A stretch of DNA of 64,000 bases from a virus (IMGVR_UViG_3300010355_001062:11321-75320), one strand, 5' to 3'. Counted from the first letter of the stretch, positions 9,451 to 19,410 are shown. The notes: generated by a model not told the origin, from the sequence alone. A program made the numbers and translations.

Positions 9451-10169
9451 CCTATAAGTTTTTTCGCTTGTTCAATATTGTTTGCATAGATGTGCGACGA
9501 AGCTATTTGGAAACTCAATGAATTAAGTTTATAGCTTACTGTATCAAGCCTACCAAGCGCTGTGACAAATGCTTCTACAAATTTGCTTATGTTATACAAA
9601 TCATATAGCATAGTTATATAGGCATTGGATGACCTGAATGTAGCCACTACATCGATATTGTAGTGGAAGCCTATATCGGCGTCGCGCTTGAATATGACAA
9701 TATCGCTACAGCACGGATATTCCAAATTAGTGTTAATATCGCGCAAGAAATCATCGGACTTATCCAGTATATGAAATACTACACGTCTGGAGTTATCGCG
9801 CTGTATTTCGCGCAGGTTACCTTCCAATTGGCTCAATAACCTAGGGCCGTAAGCCGTAGAGAAATTAGCTGGTATCTCAGCTCCCGGCATGAAACGACGC
9901 ACGCTAGGATTTATCTGAGCTAGCTCCTCCATGTCAGTGGAGCCGGACATCATCCAATCGCAGAATTTTTGCGCGTAAGCATAATTCCAGTGCGGAAAAG
10001 CTTTATTCATGTGTTCCCAAGAATGAGGCCATTCGCATTTGAATGAGTAATTTATAATCTCATTCATATAGCCGAGCCGGCTATCGCATACATAATCAGG
10101 ATGCTGTATTAACTCAGTGAGCAGGGCCATATAGCTCCTTACTAAAGATGTGTCCTTTGTCGGTTTCAT
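9444..10169 (-). CDS. thymidylate-synthase-fold dCMP-modifying enzyme (gp42-like)
   Basis: DSRLG, NFSTAYGPR, SRR, catalytic YPC, RSSN...YD with Asp at the E. coli TS Asn177 position, SHIY. Start moved to ATG 10169 (track: 10268). Confidence 0.85.
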   Translation of the reverse strand: MKPTKDTSLVRSYMALLTELIQHPDYVCDSRLGYMNEIINYSFKCEWPHSWEHMNKAFPHWNYAYAQKFCDWMMSGSTDMEELAQINPSVRRFMPGAEIPANFSTAYGPRLLSQLEGNLREIQRDNSRRVVFHILDKSDDFLRDINTNLEYPCCSDIVIFKRDADIGFHYNIDVVATFRSSNAYITMLYDLYNISKFVEAFVTALGRLDTVSYKLNSLSFQIASSHIYANNIEQAKKLIGC

Positions 10170-10668
10170 AGAAATGATATTGAAAGTTTTCAGCATAATA
10201 GCGAATGCATAATTCGATAAGTGCTGCAAATAGATGTTTGTCGAATTTGGATGATTTAGGCTTAACACCGGCTAATAAACTTACATCCCAATCCAGCTTA
10301 CGAAAATTGCTTTCTAAGTCTGCTAGTGTAACGCCGAACACAGTAAACTGGAAATTACCCTTAGTTATGAGTTGTGGTCTGACACCGAATACATGCTCCA
10401 TATTAAATGAATGTACCTCAGCATCCGCCCAAGAGTCGCCGGTCAATTCACGCATTATTTTCATGCCTCCGCGCACTATAGCACCGAAATAGAAACGATT
10501 CTGGTCTAGCGTACGTAGCTCTTTCTTCTCAGTACACTCAACCGTAAACTCTGGCTCGGTTGAATGGTATATAATCGATTTATTGATCAATGGGCTATTT
10601 ACTTTTAAGTAAAGCTCATTATCGATTATTACTTTAGTACAGTTTAGCTGAATTGGTTTCATAGACAT
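10114..10668 (-). CDS. NinB/Orf-like recombination mediator
   Basis: RTLDQNRFYF...W..AEVH...SSKFDK..FA.LIE pattern. Confidence 0.6.
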   Translation of the reverse strand: MSMKPIQLNCTKVIIDNELYLKVNSPLINKSIIYHSTEPEFTVECTEKKELRTLDQNRFYFGAIVRGGMKIMRELTGDSWADAEVHSFNMEHVFGVRPQLITKGNFQFTVFGVTLADLESNFRKLDWDVSLLAGVKPKSSKFDKHLFAALIELCIRYYAENFQYHFYETDKGHIFSKELYGPAH

Positions 10669-10672
10669 AGTT

Positions 10673-10703
10673 ATAGCCGAAGGTAACGTGTACCTTCGGC
10701 TAT
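10673..10703 (-). terminator. 13-bp stem hairpin after the SSB gene
   Basis: ATAGCCGAAGGTA-ACGTG-TACCTTCGGCTAT. Confidence 0.7.
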
Positions 10704-10707
10704 TTAG

Positions 10708-11607
10708 TTATTTCTTCAATTTACCCATCAAGCCTCCGCCTGTCCCGCTGCCACCAAATTGTTGTTTCTTCTTTTCTTCTTTCAATGGTCTAGCATTCTT
10801 GGGGCGCGGCTCGCCCTGAAAGATGTAGTTCATCCATTCCATGCGCTCTTCGGCTGGTGTGACGCCTTCTTTGAAAAATTCATAAGCTCCACCGGTCTGC
10901 CATTCTAGCAGTTCAGCTTTGTGAGCTTCAGTGAAAGACGGCGCTGTTTCCGGGTTGAACGTGAACTCGATACGCTCGGTTTTATACCTAACTTGATTGT
11001 TTTCGTTGGTCTTCAATGACTGCCAAACACGCGCATCAGGCCCATATACTGTAACCCCAGGGTTGTTAAAAGCATTCTGCGTTACTGTAAGCACCTGCGT
11101 CCAAAGGCTTTCACGGAAGCAGCCCATGCGGATTGCTTTCTTCGGGTCTTCGTCCACTTCAAAAGCATTCATAAATATACCGTTTTCGATCACAGGTTTC
11201 AGTTCGATGACTGGAGCCAAGTATTGCGATGAGAATTGGAATTTGGCATAATTATCCTTATGGATAATCGCCGCTATACCCTCGTCGGTTTTGGCCATTT
11301 CCAAAGCCGCTAGATACATGTCCATTGCATCGTCCTGCTCTCCAATAGAAGTAGCCGATACGATACGATGGTGTTCCAGAAACCAGCCGACCTGGTCAAA
11401 ATAGGTCAGCCCGTTGGCTGGAGTAAGATCGAACGGAATCAGTCTATAGAAGACTTCATCCGGGTAGCCTTGCTTACCTACTTGGTCGACGTATAACATT
11501 CTTTTGTCAGCTCGCTCTCCATACTGAGCTTTTGCACGTTCGGCGATCGCTTCCTGAGCTTGTTTGACCTTATTAAGGTCTAGATTGAATTCAAAGCCTG
11601 TTGCCAT
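10708..11607 (-). CDS. probable single-stranded DNA-binding protein (gp32-like)
   Basis: Downstream of the polymerase, own promoter and terminator, GC-richer codons, YRLIP motif; tail is basic/Gly-rich rather than acidic. Confidence 0.5.
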   Translation of the reverse strand: MATGFEFNLDLNKVKQAQEAIAERAKAQYGERADKRMLYVDQVGKQGYPDEVFYRLIPFDLTPANGLTYFDQVGWFLEHHRIVSATSIGEQDDAMDMYLAALEMAKTDEGIAAIIHKDNYAKFQFSSQYLAPVIELKPVIENGIFMNAFEVDEDPKKAIRMGCFRESLWTQVLTVTQNAFNNPGVTVYGPDARVWQSLKTNENNQVRYKTERIEFTFNPETAPSFTEAHKAELLEWQTGGAYEFFKEGVTPAEERMEWMNYIFQGEPRPKNARPLKEEKKKQQFGGSGTGGGLMGKLKK

Positions 11608-11636
11608 TGTGTGAGTTTATGGATGAATTAATAAAT

Positions 11637-11667
11637 CAAAGATAAAATAATTCTATTGAAATTCAAA
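11637..11667 (-). promoter_or_regulatory. Bacteroidota sigma-A type promoter
   Basis: TTTG-N19-TATCTTTG. Confidence 0.8.
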
Positions 11668-11691
11668 GAATTATTTTATCTTTTTCAAATT

Positions 11692-14328
11692 TTATTCAAG
11701 TTTAATGAAGCAATTTCTGATGGCTGATGCTATTTGATCAGCACTATCGTATTTGATGTCCTTGAACTCGTGCCAGTTAGTTTTAGTAACAGACCAGTCT
11801 ATATTCATAGGCACAACTAAACGTGAAACATCCACATTCAGATAGTCATCGGCTCTTGGGTTAACCATCAAATCTTCATAAATCGGAGCTAGAATATCCA
11901 TAAAAGCATCGGACATATAGATGTGAACAGAGTCATGTATCGTATTACTAAATCTGGACATATCGTGGGGTATAAGCTTACTTAATACCCCCATAGCGAA
12001 TATAGTCCACTCGCCAGACGATCCTTGAATTGGTGAGTTAATAGCTTGACGTTTAGCTTTAGCCACGAGCTTACGGTCGTATGAGTAAATATCCGGCAGT
12101 CTCCGCTTACGGCCGAAAATAGTACGTACATAGCCGAATTTCTGTGCTTTGGCTTTATATATTTCCCACCATTCAGGTAGCCGTTTGTAGACTTTCAGCA
12201 ACCCATCTAATTGCTTCCTAGCTTCCTCTTCGCTTATGATCTTACCATTGGTAGCTCTACGCACATAATCAATATAGCCGAATACGCTAATACCGTATGT
12301 ACCAGAAAAATTACCCATCTTTCCCCAAGTCCTGCCCTGTTTATAAGCTACTGGATCAGTTACGGCTAGCGCTTTGAATTCTTCTAGCGATAATTCCATA
12401 ATACCTGAACCAGATACTGAGTGCAAATCTTGCTTATCCAGATAAGCTTGTTGCATAGTTTCATCGCCGGAAACGTTTGCAATCAAGCGTAGCTCAGCTT
12501 GCGAATAATCGATCTGAATAAATGTCTGCGGGCCGTATTTATTCGGCGGTGGGCATATAAAACATCTACGCACAGTATTTACACCCCACACCAAATCCTG
12601 ATCATCGCGTATATATACGTGATTACTGATATTTTGCAGATTGGGGTTGGAGGCGGAAACCCTACCAGTCCGTGTGCCATGACATTTATACTCAGTATGC
12701 AGAAATCCTTGTGGGTCGGGTAGAGTATCGAAAGCTTTGTAGTAAGTATTGCGCAGCTTAGTTACCATCTTAATGGTTGAGAACGTAAGCAAAATATCCG
12801 AGTTAAATCTCTGAGCTAATTCCAATATATAACCTTTGTCGGTCTTAGCTTCTTTCTCACCCTTCATACCAACTTTCATCGGCATGTCCATAAACTCATA
12901 GCCATATAACCATTCTCTAACTTTGATAGGCGAACCTAATGAAAATTTTACTTCCGGCACGGAAGTTCTAGCAGCTACAATATCATCACTCCATTTCGTC
13001 AGAAATCGCTGTCTAGGTAATTCTTTAGCTCGCTCAGCGTCAATCTTAGCTTGTATAGCCGCTATGGTAGTTTGCTGAGCTTTATCTTGTAAATATAGCA
13101 AATAAGCTTTAACTTTCGGGTGAGCATAAAATTCTCTAGTCCTTCGCTCTATCGCTTCTGAGCATTTTTCAATAGCCTCGGCAACCTGGGCTTTATTGAT
13201 TAATGACCCTCGAAATGATGTCCAAGCTAATGCCCAAGCTGATGGCATTACATGTGATCTGAATAAACGATATAATGTGCCATCGCCATCATCAGTTAAT
13301 AGCATCCACTCGAATTGTATGCAAGCTCTGATAGTCATATCAGCATCAGTAGCTCCGTATGCTGCTAGCTCTTTCATTGGAATAGCTGCCCAGTCTGTAT
13401 CGGGTGGTAATTCACGCTGGTAGCCAGCGAATTCAGGAAAATAAGTCTCGGTGATTATTTTCAAGCCGTTCAATGTATTCTCGTCTAATACATGTGAGGC
13501 TAGCATTACATCAAACCATTCGCCGTAAAATTTGGTCATTCCCATTTGCATGCACCAAATACCTTCCATCATTAGGTTATGCACGACTTTTCTTATCGAG
13601 GTATTAGCGAAAATCTTTTCTTCGATCTCAGAGTTGATATAAGCTATCCTGTCCATTATGGACCACCCCTCCCATTCCACAGTCTCAAAATGCATATACG
13701 GTATAATTACCGCTTTGCCTGGACGCGTCGCTACGGACATGATAGTTACATAGCCTAGCCATGATTTCAAGCTAGTTGTCTCGAAGTCAAATGCCCATAG
13801 TTTGTCGATCTGAGCTTGCGCTATCAAATCGTCGAATTCAGCTTTAGTAGTTATAATAATATGCTCAGTAAGAGCGGGCTTTGCTCTAGCTTGCTCCAAA
13901 CCTGTAACAGCGAAATATAATTCATCGAATATCCTTTTCGCTATCTTCTGCTCGTAAGCTGGGTTCTGCTCAACAGCAGAAGGTGAATAGCAAGGAATCC
14001 ATGTAGTGCCATTTTCTTGCACTATACGCTGCTCTACTAATTCGCTCATCTTGCCGACCAGACCGAATACTTTGCTTACTCTAGCTCCGAGTAAAAATAT
14101 TACTTGGTAATCAGCATACTTATTAAAGTCTACTGATTTCCTAAGCTGAGCATCCGATAACTTCAACTCGCTATCGGTATTTAAGTATTGATAATCGAAA
14201 GTTATATGTTCCGGTACTTTTATAGCACCTGTATCGAATAATGCACGGCACAGATAGTTATAGCCACGGCTGAAATCACCTCGGTTATCTACTCCAGGTC
14301 TATTGTCACTTAGAAATAGAACTCTCAT
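11692..14328 (-). CDS. polA: family A DNA polymerase with N-terminal UDG-like and 3'-5' exonuclease domains
   Basis: Exo I FDFETT; TRTGRVSASNPNLQNI; motif A IDYSQAELR; motif B RTWGKMGNFSGTYG; motif C IHDS; N-terminal IFLLG...PCYSPSAV. Confidence 0.95.
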   Translation of the reverse strand: MRVLFLSDNRPGVDNRGDFSRGYNYLCRALFDTGAIKVPEHITFDYQYLNTDSELKLSDAQLRKSVDFNKYADYQVIFLLGARVSKVFGLVGKMSELVEQRIVQENGTTWIPCYSPSAVEQNPAYEQKIAKRIFDELYFAVTGLEQARAKPALTEHIIITTKAEFDDLIAQAQIDKLWAFDFETTSLKSWLGYVTIMSVATRPGKAVIIPYMHFETVEWEGWSIMDRIAYINSEIEEKIFANTSIRKVVHNLMMEGIWCMQMGMTKFYGEWFDVMLASHVLDENTLNGLKIITETYFPEFAGYQRELPPDTDWAAIPMKELAAYGATDADMTIRACIQFEWMLLTDDGDGTLYRLFRSHVMPSAWALAWTSFRGSLINKAQVAEAIEKCSEAIERRTREFYAHPKVKAYLLYLQDKAQQTTIAAIQAKIDAERAKELPRQRFLTKWSDDIVAARTSVPEVKFSLGSPIKVREWLYGYEFMDMPMKVGMKGEKEAKTDKGYILELAQRFNSDILLTFSTIKMVTKLRNTYYKAFDTLPDPQGFLHTEYKCHGTRTGRVSASNPNLQNISNHVYIRDDQDLVWGVNTVRRCFICPPPNKYGPQTFIQIDYSQAELRLIANVSGDETMQQAYLDKQDLHSVSGSGIMELSLEEFKALAVTDPVAYKQGRTWGKMGNFSGTYGISVFGYIDYVRRATNGKIISEEEARKQLDGLLKVYKRLPEWWEIYKAKAQKFGYVRTIFGRKRRLPDIYSYDRKLVAKAKRQAINSPIQGSSGEWTIFAMGVLSKLIPHDMSRFSNTIHDSVHIYMSDAFMDILAPIYEDLMVNPRADDYLNVDVSRLVVPMNIDWSVTKTNWHEFKDIKYDSADQIASAIRNCFIKLE

Positions 14329-14677
14329 AAGCTAGTTTGGCTTTAATGATTTTTAATCTATATTCGGCAAGAATGCGTGTGCTTTTACAATTGTACATTA
14401 TGTCCTCTACTATGTCGTTGTCGTCTAGTATGCCCGACGCTAGCATTTCAGCTATTCTAGTATCTGTTACAAGCTCGAAATTAGTGAGATCAAAATAAGG
14501 CTTATCCGAGCCTACTTCATCGATCTTAGGTCTTATAACTTTATTATAGAAGTCAAACATACATAAAGCGCTAGCTAGACACGCTGTGCAATTTATGTCC
14601 CTAGCATCGAATACCAAGCCAAAGCATGCTGGCTCTTTGGCATTAGGCTCGGTTTGTGCTGTTCTTTCCATTTCCAT
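14306..14677 (-). CDS. hypothetical Cys-motif protein
   Basis: ACFG...CTAC...LC; overlaps polymerase start. Confidence 0.65.
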   Translation of the reverse strand: MEMERTAQTEPNAKEPACFGLVFDARDINCTACLASALCMFDFYNKVIRPKIDEVGSDKPYFDLTNFELVTDTRIAEMLASGILDDNDIVEDIMYNCKSTRILAEYRLKIIKAKLAYESSISK

Positions 14678-14693
14678 CGATAGAATATTTTAT

Positions 14694-14724
14694 CAAAGAT
14701 AATCAAATTTTTGGAATATCCAAA
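14694..14724 (-). promoter_or_regulatory. Bacteroidota sigma-A type promoter
   Basis: TTTG-N19-TATCTTTG; a second TATCTTTG at 14721-14728. Confidence 0.7.
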
Positions 14725-16190
14725 GATAATTTATCATTTTTATAAATAGTAGCTAAAGACGGTTCTAACGAACCTATCTTAGTAGCATATTGGGCAGTTA
14801 TTTTATAGCCGTATCTTTGATATATGGCTATGCGTTCTTTCGATTGTTTTTCGCAATATTTTCCATCATCGTAAAAATCGTAAACATATTTATTGGCTGA
14901 TGTTAATCTACCCATACGCCCTAGATATTGCACCAACTCTATCTCTGATGAACCTGCTTGAGCATATATAAGTACATCCATAGCTATATTAGCTCCTTCT
15001 TGCCATATATTAGTTATAAGTACTCTACGCCCTTCGGGTTTTGTAGAGAACTTAGCTAATAATTCACGTATCATATATTCCGGTTGCCCACCGTTTAGCA
15101 TTATAACTTCAGCTTCTGGATAAGCTTGCATCACTGCTTCGCCTATCTTCATTGTGTGAACTAGCTGATTTACAGTAATCATAATATTACCCTCGGTATG
15201 CTTGCCTACGGCTTCCATTATAAGCTTCAATCGGGCGGGTGATTCTATGATATTAGCTGCGTATACTTCGGCGTATTCCATATCAGTTTTACTACCGGTA
15301 ATTATAGGGGCGCTATGGTATAGTAAATTAACATGTAATGTAGCATTTATACCCGCCTCATTTAATCTTTGTGTAGATACTTTATGCACTATATCGCCAA
15401 AGCTACTCATAACACGTATCTTAGCTGCATTGTGCTTACTTGAGAACGGCGTACCGGAAAAACCTATACGTGTAGCTACACCTAACGAATTTATTAGCAG
15501 GTAGTATTCATTACCGCCCGCTCTATGACATTCATCTACTATTAATAAAGTAGCTTCATTCACAAGCCATACTAATGTAGGTTCGAATTCATGGTGCCTA
15601 TTTATGACTGATTGATACATGCAGACAATAACTTGTCCGGGTATTATCTGCTTACCTCTTATTGAGCCTACTGTAAATCCGGCTTTCTTGAGGAAATCAA
15701 TTAACTGAGTGTACAAAGTAGCATCATGTACCAGAATAAAAGCATAGCCCTCTTCCAGAGCATCTAAAAGAGCTGCTATAATATAGGACTTACCACTATT
15801 GGTAGCATGGTCAAAAATAGCTGATTCTTTGAAATCAGTAGTAGTTAATCTTTCAGCGTAAGCTAATAGAGCTTCAGCCTGATGCTCACGCATAGAGCCA
15901 AAGCTCTTAACTGGATTAGTTAATTTAGCTTTATCGAATACGGCTATATTGCGTCTATAATCTGCTATATCGTACTCGATTTCGAGCTCCTGCAAGTACT
16001 CAATAGCATCGGGCAATAAGCCCAATGGTATAGTACCATCAGGCAAGATAAAACACTCGGTTGAGTCGTAGTGCCCGGCTCTTGGGTTGAATAGCTTATC
16101 TGTTATGCTGAAATAAGCACGTAGTTTACCGAATAGTTCATCGTCATCGGTGTCTAATAAGGCATGCGAGTTAAATATTTCTATATTCAT
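14703..16190 (-). CDS. SF2 DExH helicase (UvsW-like)
   Basis: HATNSGKS, IVDECH, GFSGTP, WQEGANI, QYLGRMGR, YDFYD. Confidence 0.9.
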   Translation of the reverse strand: MNIEIFNSHALLDTDDDELFGKLRAYFSITDKLFNPRAGHYDSTECFILPDGTIPLGLLPDAIEYLQELEIEYDIADYRRNIAVFDKAKLTNPVKSFGSMREHQAEALLAYAERLTTTDFKESAIFDHATNSGKSYIIAALLDALEEGYAFILVHDATLYTQLIDFLKKAGFTVGSIRGKQIIPGQVIVCMYQSVINRHHEFEPTLVWLVNEATLLIVDECHRAGGNEYYLLINSLGVATRIGFSGTPFSSKHNAAKIRVMSSFGDIVHKVSTQRLNEAGINATLHVNLLYHSAPIITGSKTDMEYAEVYAANIIESPARLKLIMEAVGKHTEGNIMITVNQLVHTMKIGEAVMQAYPEAEVIMLNGGQPEYMIRELLAKFSTKPEGRRVLITNIWQEGANIAMDVLIYAQAGSSEIELVQYLGRMGRLTSANKYVYDFYDDGKYCEKQSKERIAIYQRYGYKITAQYATKIGSLEPSLATIYKNDKLSLDIPKI

Positions 16191-16912
16191 TGGTTCTTCA
16201 ATTTACTACGATAATCAGCGTATCTACCATATGCTGAACCATCGTATAAATTACTGGGCTTAGGAAATTCCCTACCCCAGTTTATGTGGAATTGCGCATA
16301 GAATAAATCAGTCAAATCGGCACCAGTCATATCTGCTAGATCGACTAGCTTAGCAAATGGCTCTAATGAAACTACAGCCATTTTTACGTACTCATGTAAT
16401 CCCTTGCTCTCAGCCATTTTTATGTAAGCTGCTTGTAGCTGCTTGAATGTAGCTGCATTTATATCATCGTTTAATTGCAGTGCATTCAAGCGCTCTTGCA
16501 ATTCCGTAGCTAGATGTTGTTTGAATTCGCGCTCCTTCACAAAGCGCTTAAATATGGAGGCGAATATACTTTCCAGCTCCATAGCTATATTCGATTTCTT
16601 TAGCTCAGTTAATGTCTGTAGTTGGGTTAACTCGCGCTGAAATTTAGCCCAGTCATTTCTTATCAATGGGGCGTAACCTCTCTTGCTAGTATAGCGCGCA
16701 TAGATTGTAATAAAAGCGGCTTTCGATTCAGGCAGTATCGTAATCGAGCTATCAACAAAAATGGCTTCGCTTTTCTTTATGCGTTTAGCTACAGTTGCCT
16801 TAGCTTCGCAGCGGCTAAGTATAGCTACAAGAGCTTCTTCGGGTATCTGGTACCCGGATGCCCATAGCTCGAATAGCAACTCGTTTGGAGCTATCGTTTG
16901 TATATCTTTCAT
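16187..16912 (-). CDS. hypothetical protein
   Basis: 241 aa ORF coupled to primase and helicase genes. Confidence 0.7.
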   Translation of the reverse strand: MKDIQTIAPNELLFELWASGYQIPEEALVAILSRCEAKATVAKRIKKSEAIFVDSSITILPESKAAFITIYARYTSKRGYAPLIRNDWAKFQRELTQLQTLTELKKSNIAMELESIFASIFKRFVKEREFKQHLATELQERLNALQLNDDINAATFKQLQAAYIKMAESKGLHEYVKMAVVSLEPFAKLVDLADMTGADLTDLFYAQFHINWGREFPKPSNLYDGSAYGRYADYRSKLKNQ

Positions 16913-17808
16913 AGAGTACTATATGTTAGCAGGGCTGTTTCCGCAGTTGTGTAACGTACTACATCAGCTCCCAAATCGTTAACGTCTTTGATTTTGCCAG
17001 AGTAAGGTAATTTCAGCAATTTTACCTTTTTACGGTGCTTCATTAATTGTATAGCCAATTGCTTGGCTTCGGCATAAAAGCCTCTATCAGGAGCTAGCAC
17101 GAATGTGCCGTCATATTTTAGTAATAATTGCAATTGTTCAGCACTTATTTTCCATTTATATAAACCTATAGCATTCGGGTATAATGTGAGTACATCAAAA
17201 CATCCTTCCTGTATGAATATTTCAGTGTGCCTTCTATACAATGCATTTTGATTATACAATGTATCAGCACTACCCCTATTAAACGTGCTAAAAGCTTCAT
17301 TTTTGTGTTTAGGATAAGCTGCTAGAAAAGCTCGGCCGCTAATATACTCCAAGCGGCCGAGTACCATATTCGGAAAGATAACATATCCAAACCAAGGTGA
17401 AGTACGTAAAGTTACATAGCCTAACATAGCTTCCTGAGCTACGTCTAATGGTATTTTACGCACTTCAGTAACGTAGTGTAGCACACGCTCACCTAGATAA
17501 TCTATATCACTACCAATGAGCTTAAAACCCTCAGGTAAATGCATTAGCAACTTATCAGGGCGTTTGGGTTGTTTTACTAGAGTGTTGCTATGTACCTCAG
17601 CATAATCCACATAAACACCGCGTTGTCGCAGGTAGCTGACTATACTACACGATAAACCAGTTCTAAAATCATTGACCCAAAAAGTCTCGAAATTAAAACA
17701 TAGTGTTTTATCAGTATGTGTTTCATCTGCATTACATCTCCACCAGCCCTTCGTGCCTGGAGATATATCTGGATGAATTATTTTAATCTCTTCAAAAATC
17801 GAGCTCAT
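16909..17808 (-). CDS. DNA primase (TOPRIM)
   Basis: IFIQEGCFD, LAPDRG, KDVND; N-terminal degenerate Zn-ribbon-like segment. Confidence 0.8.
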   Translation of the reverse strand: MSSIFEEIKIIHPDISPGTKGWWRCNADETHTDKTLCFNFETFWVNDFRTGLSCSIVSYLRQRGVYVDYAEVHSNTLVKQPKRPDKLLMHLPEGFKLIGSDIDYLGERVLHYVTEVRKIPLDVAQEAMLGYVTLRTSPWFGYVIFPNMVLGRLEYISGRAFLAAYPKHKNEAFSTFNRGSADTLYNQNALYRRHTEIFIQEGCFDVLTLYPNAIGLYKWKISAEQLQLLLKYDGTFVLAPDRGFYAEAKQLAIQLMKHRKKVKLLKLPYSGKIKDVNDLGADVVRYTTAETALLTYSTL

Positions 17809-17821
17809 AGTATCTGGTATA

Positions 17822-17890
17822 GAGCCTAATCGATTTTATCCCCCTATCTAATATCCATTATCAAGGGATAAAATAAAATCGAATAGGCTC
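17822..17890. repeat. intergenic inverted-repeat element, GAGCCTAATC family
   Basis: GAGCCTAATCGATTTT...AAAATCGAATAGGCTC. Confidence 0.75.
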
Positions 17891-17902
17891 GATTATTCGA
17901 TA

Positions 17903-19387
17903 TTATTTCTTGGGTTTCTTTAGTGAGCGCATGATATGCAGACTAACTCTAGCACGAGTATACGCTACATACTCAAGATTACGTGCTTGCTCCAGCTGCC
18001 ATGGTTGTTCCCCATTGCGCCGTCGTGTTAGTAGCTCCGGCTCCATGATGAAAACCCTATTCCATTCAAGCCCCTTAGCTTTGTGTACTGTAGAGAATAA
18101 TACACCTTCTGTCTGCTCACCAAAAAGTGTTTTAATAAACTTGCATAAGCTACCGGTATCATTAACATCCGGCACATTATAGATCATGTGATTCACACAA
18201 TCAATTTTGTCCTTTAGGTTAGAATAGCTGGGTGTCTCGACTACTTCGTCTAAACTCATATTAGGGAATACTCGCATGAGCTTATCAAGAGTCTCGCTCA
18301 GTTTAGAAGCCATTAAGCTATTCAATTCCGGTAGGTCATTAGCTTTAAAGCTCTGAACAAATTTTATTAAATTAGCTCCGATGTCGGTACCTTGTATCAT
18401 GGCTTTCTTGCCCTCGGCAATAAGAGAATAGCAACCCTTGATTAGTGGAGCTGTATTACGACATAACACTACATCACCAGGTCTCACCATATCTAATGTT
18501 TGGTCATGGTAAACCATTCCATCAATGGCAGTATCAGCAGCCTTTATTTCTGTGTCTATTCTATTTGTATACTCTATCACGGCTTTCGAGCACCTCCAAC
18601 ATACTGATAATGGTAATACCTCAGCCTTTTCAGCGTAGTCATTCCAAGCACCTACATCAGCTCCTGTGAAGCCATAGATAGCTTGTGAATTATCACCTAC
18701 AGCTATAATCTTACCATCAGCAGCTAGAGCACGTCTGTATAAGCGCCATTGAGCAGCATTCAGGTCTTGTGCTTCATCTATAAAGATGTATTTGAATTTA
18801 CGTAGTAGTAATTTTTCTTCTGGTAATGTAGCGGCCAGAAATAACATATCCGTGAAGTCAATGTTAGCCACATCATTATATAATCTCTTGCATAATTCCC
18901 TTCCGGCATCGCGCTGAGCTGCATCTAGTATGAGACCATGCTTTTTGCATAAAGCTATTATTTTTTCCGACGTGGATGCTAGCTCTAAACGAATTAGATT
19001 TGCTAGTGCTTTAACGCCCTTTAGCACATTCTCACGATCCTCAACTGACTTAAGCCATTCCCATTCGTTTTCTCGCAACATATTATCGAAATGACGGTTG
19101 AGCTTATGCTCGTCCATTCTAAGCTTAGAAGGCAATAAGGAACGACCAAATGAATGTGATGTTCTACAATCAACTCCAGGTATTCCCTTTAACCGTTCGG
19201 CTAATTCTTTTTGTATATTACGATTAAATGCTCCGATCAGAATGGAGGAACCAGGTGGTAGAGCTTTGACTGCCATTACTATAGTAGTAGTTTTACCCGA
19301 CCCGGCTTTTGCGTTAAGCAATATGTCTTTGATCTGTGGTGAGATCGTAGCTTCGAGAAATAGTGTCTGTTCGATTGTTGGTGTCAT
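17903..19387 (-). CDS. UvrD/Rep-like SF1 helicase
   Basis: AKAGSGKTT, AFN, IDEAQD, VGDNSQAIYGF, TVHKAKGLEW, YVAYTRA; start moved to ATG 19387 behind its promoter. Confidence 0.92.
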   Translation of the reverse strand: MTPTIEQTLFLEATISPQIKDILLNAKAGSGKTTTIVMAVKALPPGSSILIGAFNRNIQKELAERLKGIPGVDCRTSHSFGRSLLPSKLRMDEHKLNRHFDNMLRENEWEWLKSVEDRENVLKGVKALANLIRLELASTSEKIIALCKKHGLILDAAQRDAGRELCKRLYNDVANIDFTDMLFLAATLPEEKLLLRKFKYIFIDEAQDLNAAQWRLYRRALAADGKIIAVGDNSQAIYGFTGADVGAWNDYAEKAEVLPLSVCWRCSKAVIEYTNRIDTEIKAADTAIDGMVYHDQTLDMVRPGDVVLCRNTAPLIKGCYSLIAEGKKAMIQGTDIGANLIKFVQSFKANDLPELNSLMASKLSETLDKLMRVFPNMSLDEVVETPSYSNLKDKIDCVNHMIYNVPDVNDTGSLCKFIKTLFGEQTEGVLFSTVHKAKGLEWNRVFIMEPELLTRRRNGEQPWQLEQARNLEYVAYTRARVSLHIMRSLKKPKK

Positions 19388-19410
19388 CTTCCGATTTTTT
19401 TCTTCCAGAT

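Noticed and set aside
12950-13110. Intein or intron in the polymerase
   Set aside because: The ~50 aa helical insert lacks intein termini and a homing endonuclease, and the frame is continuous
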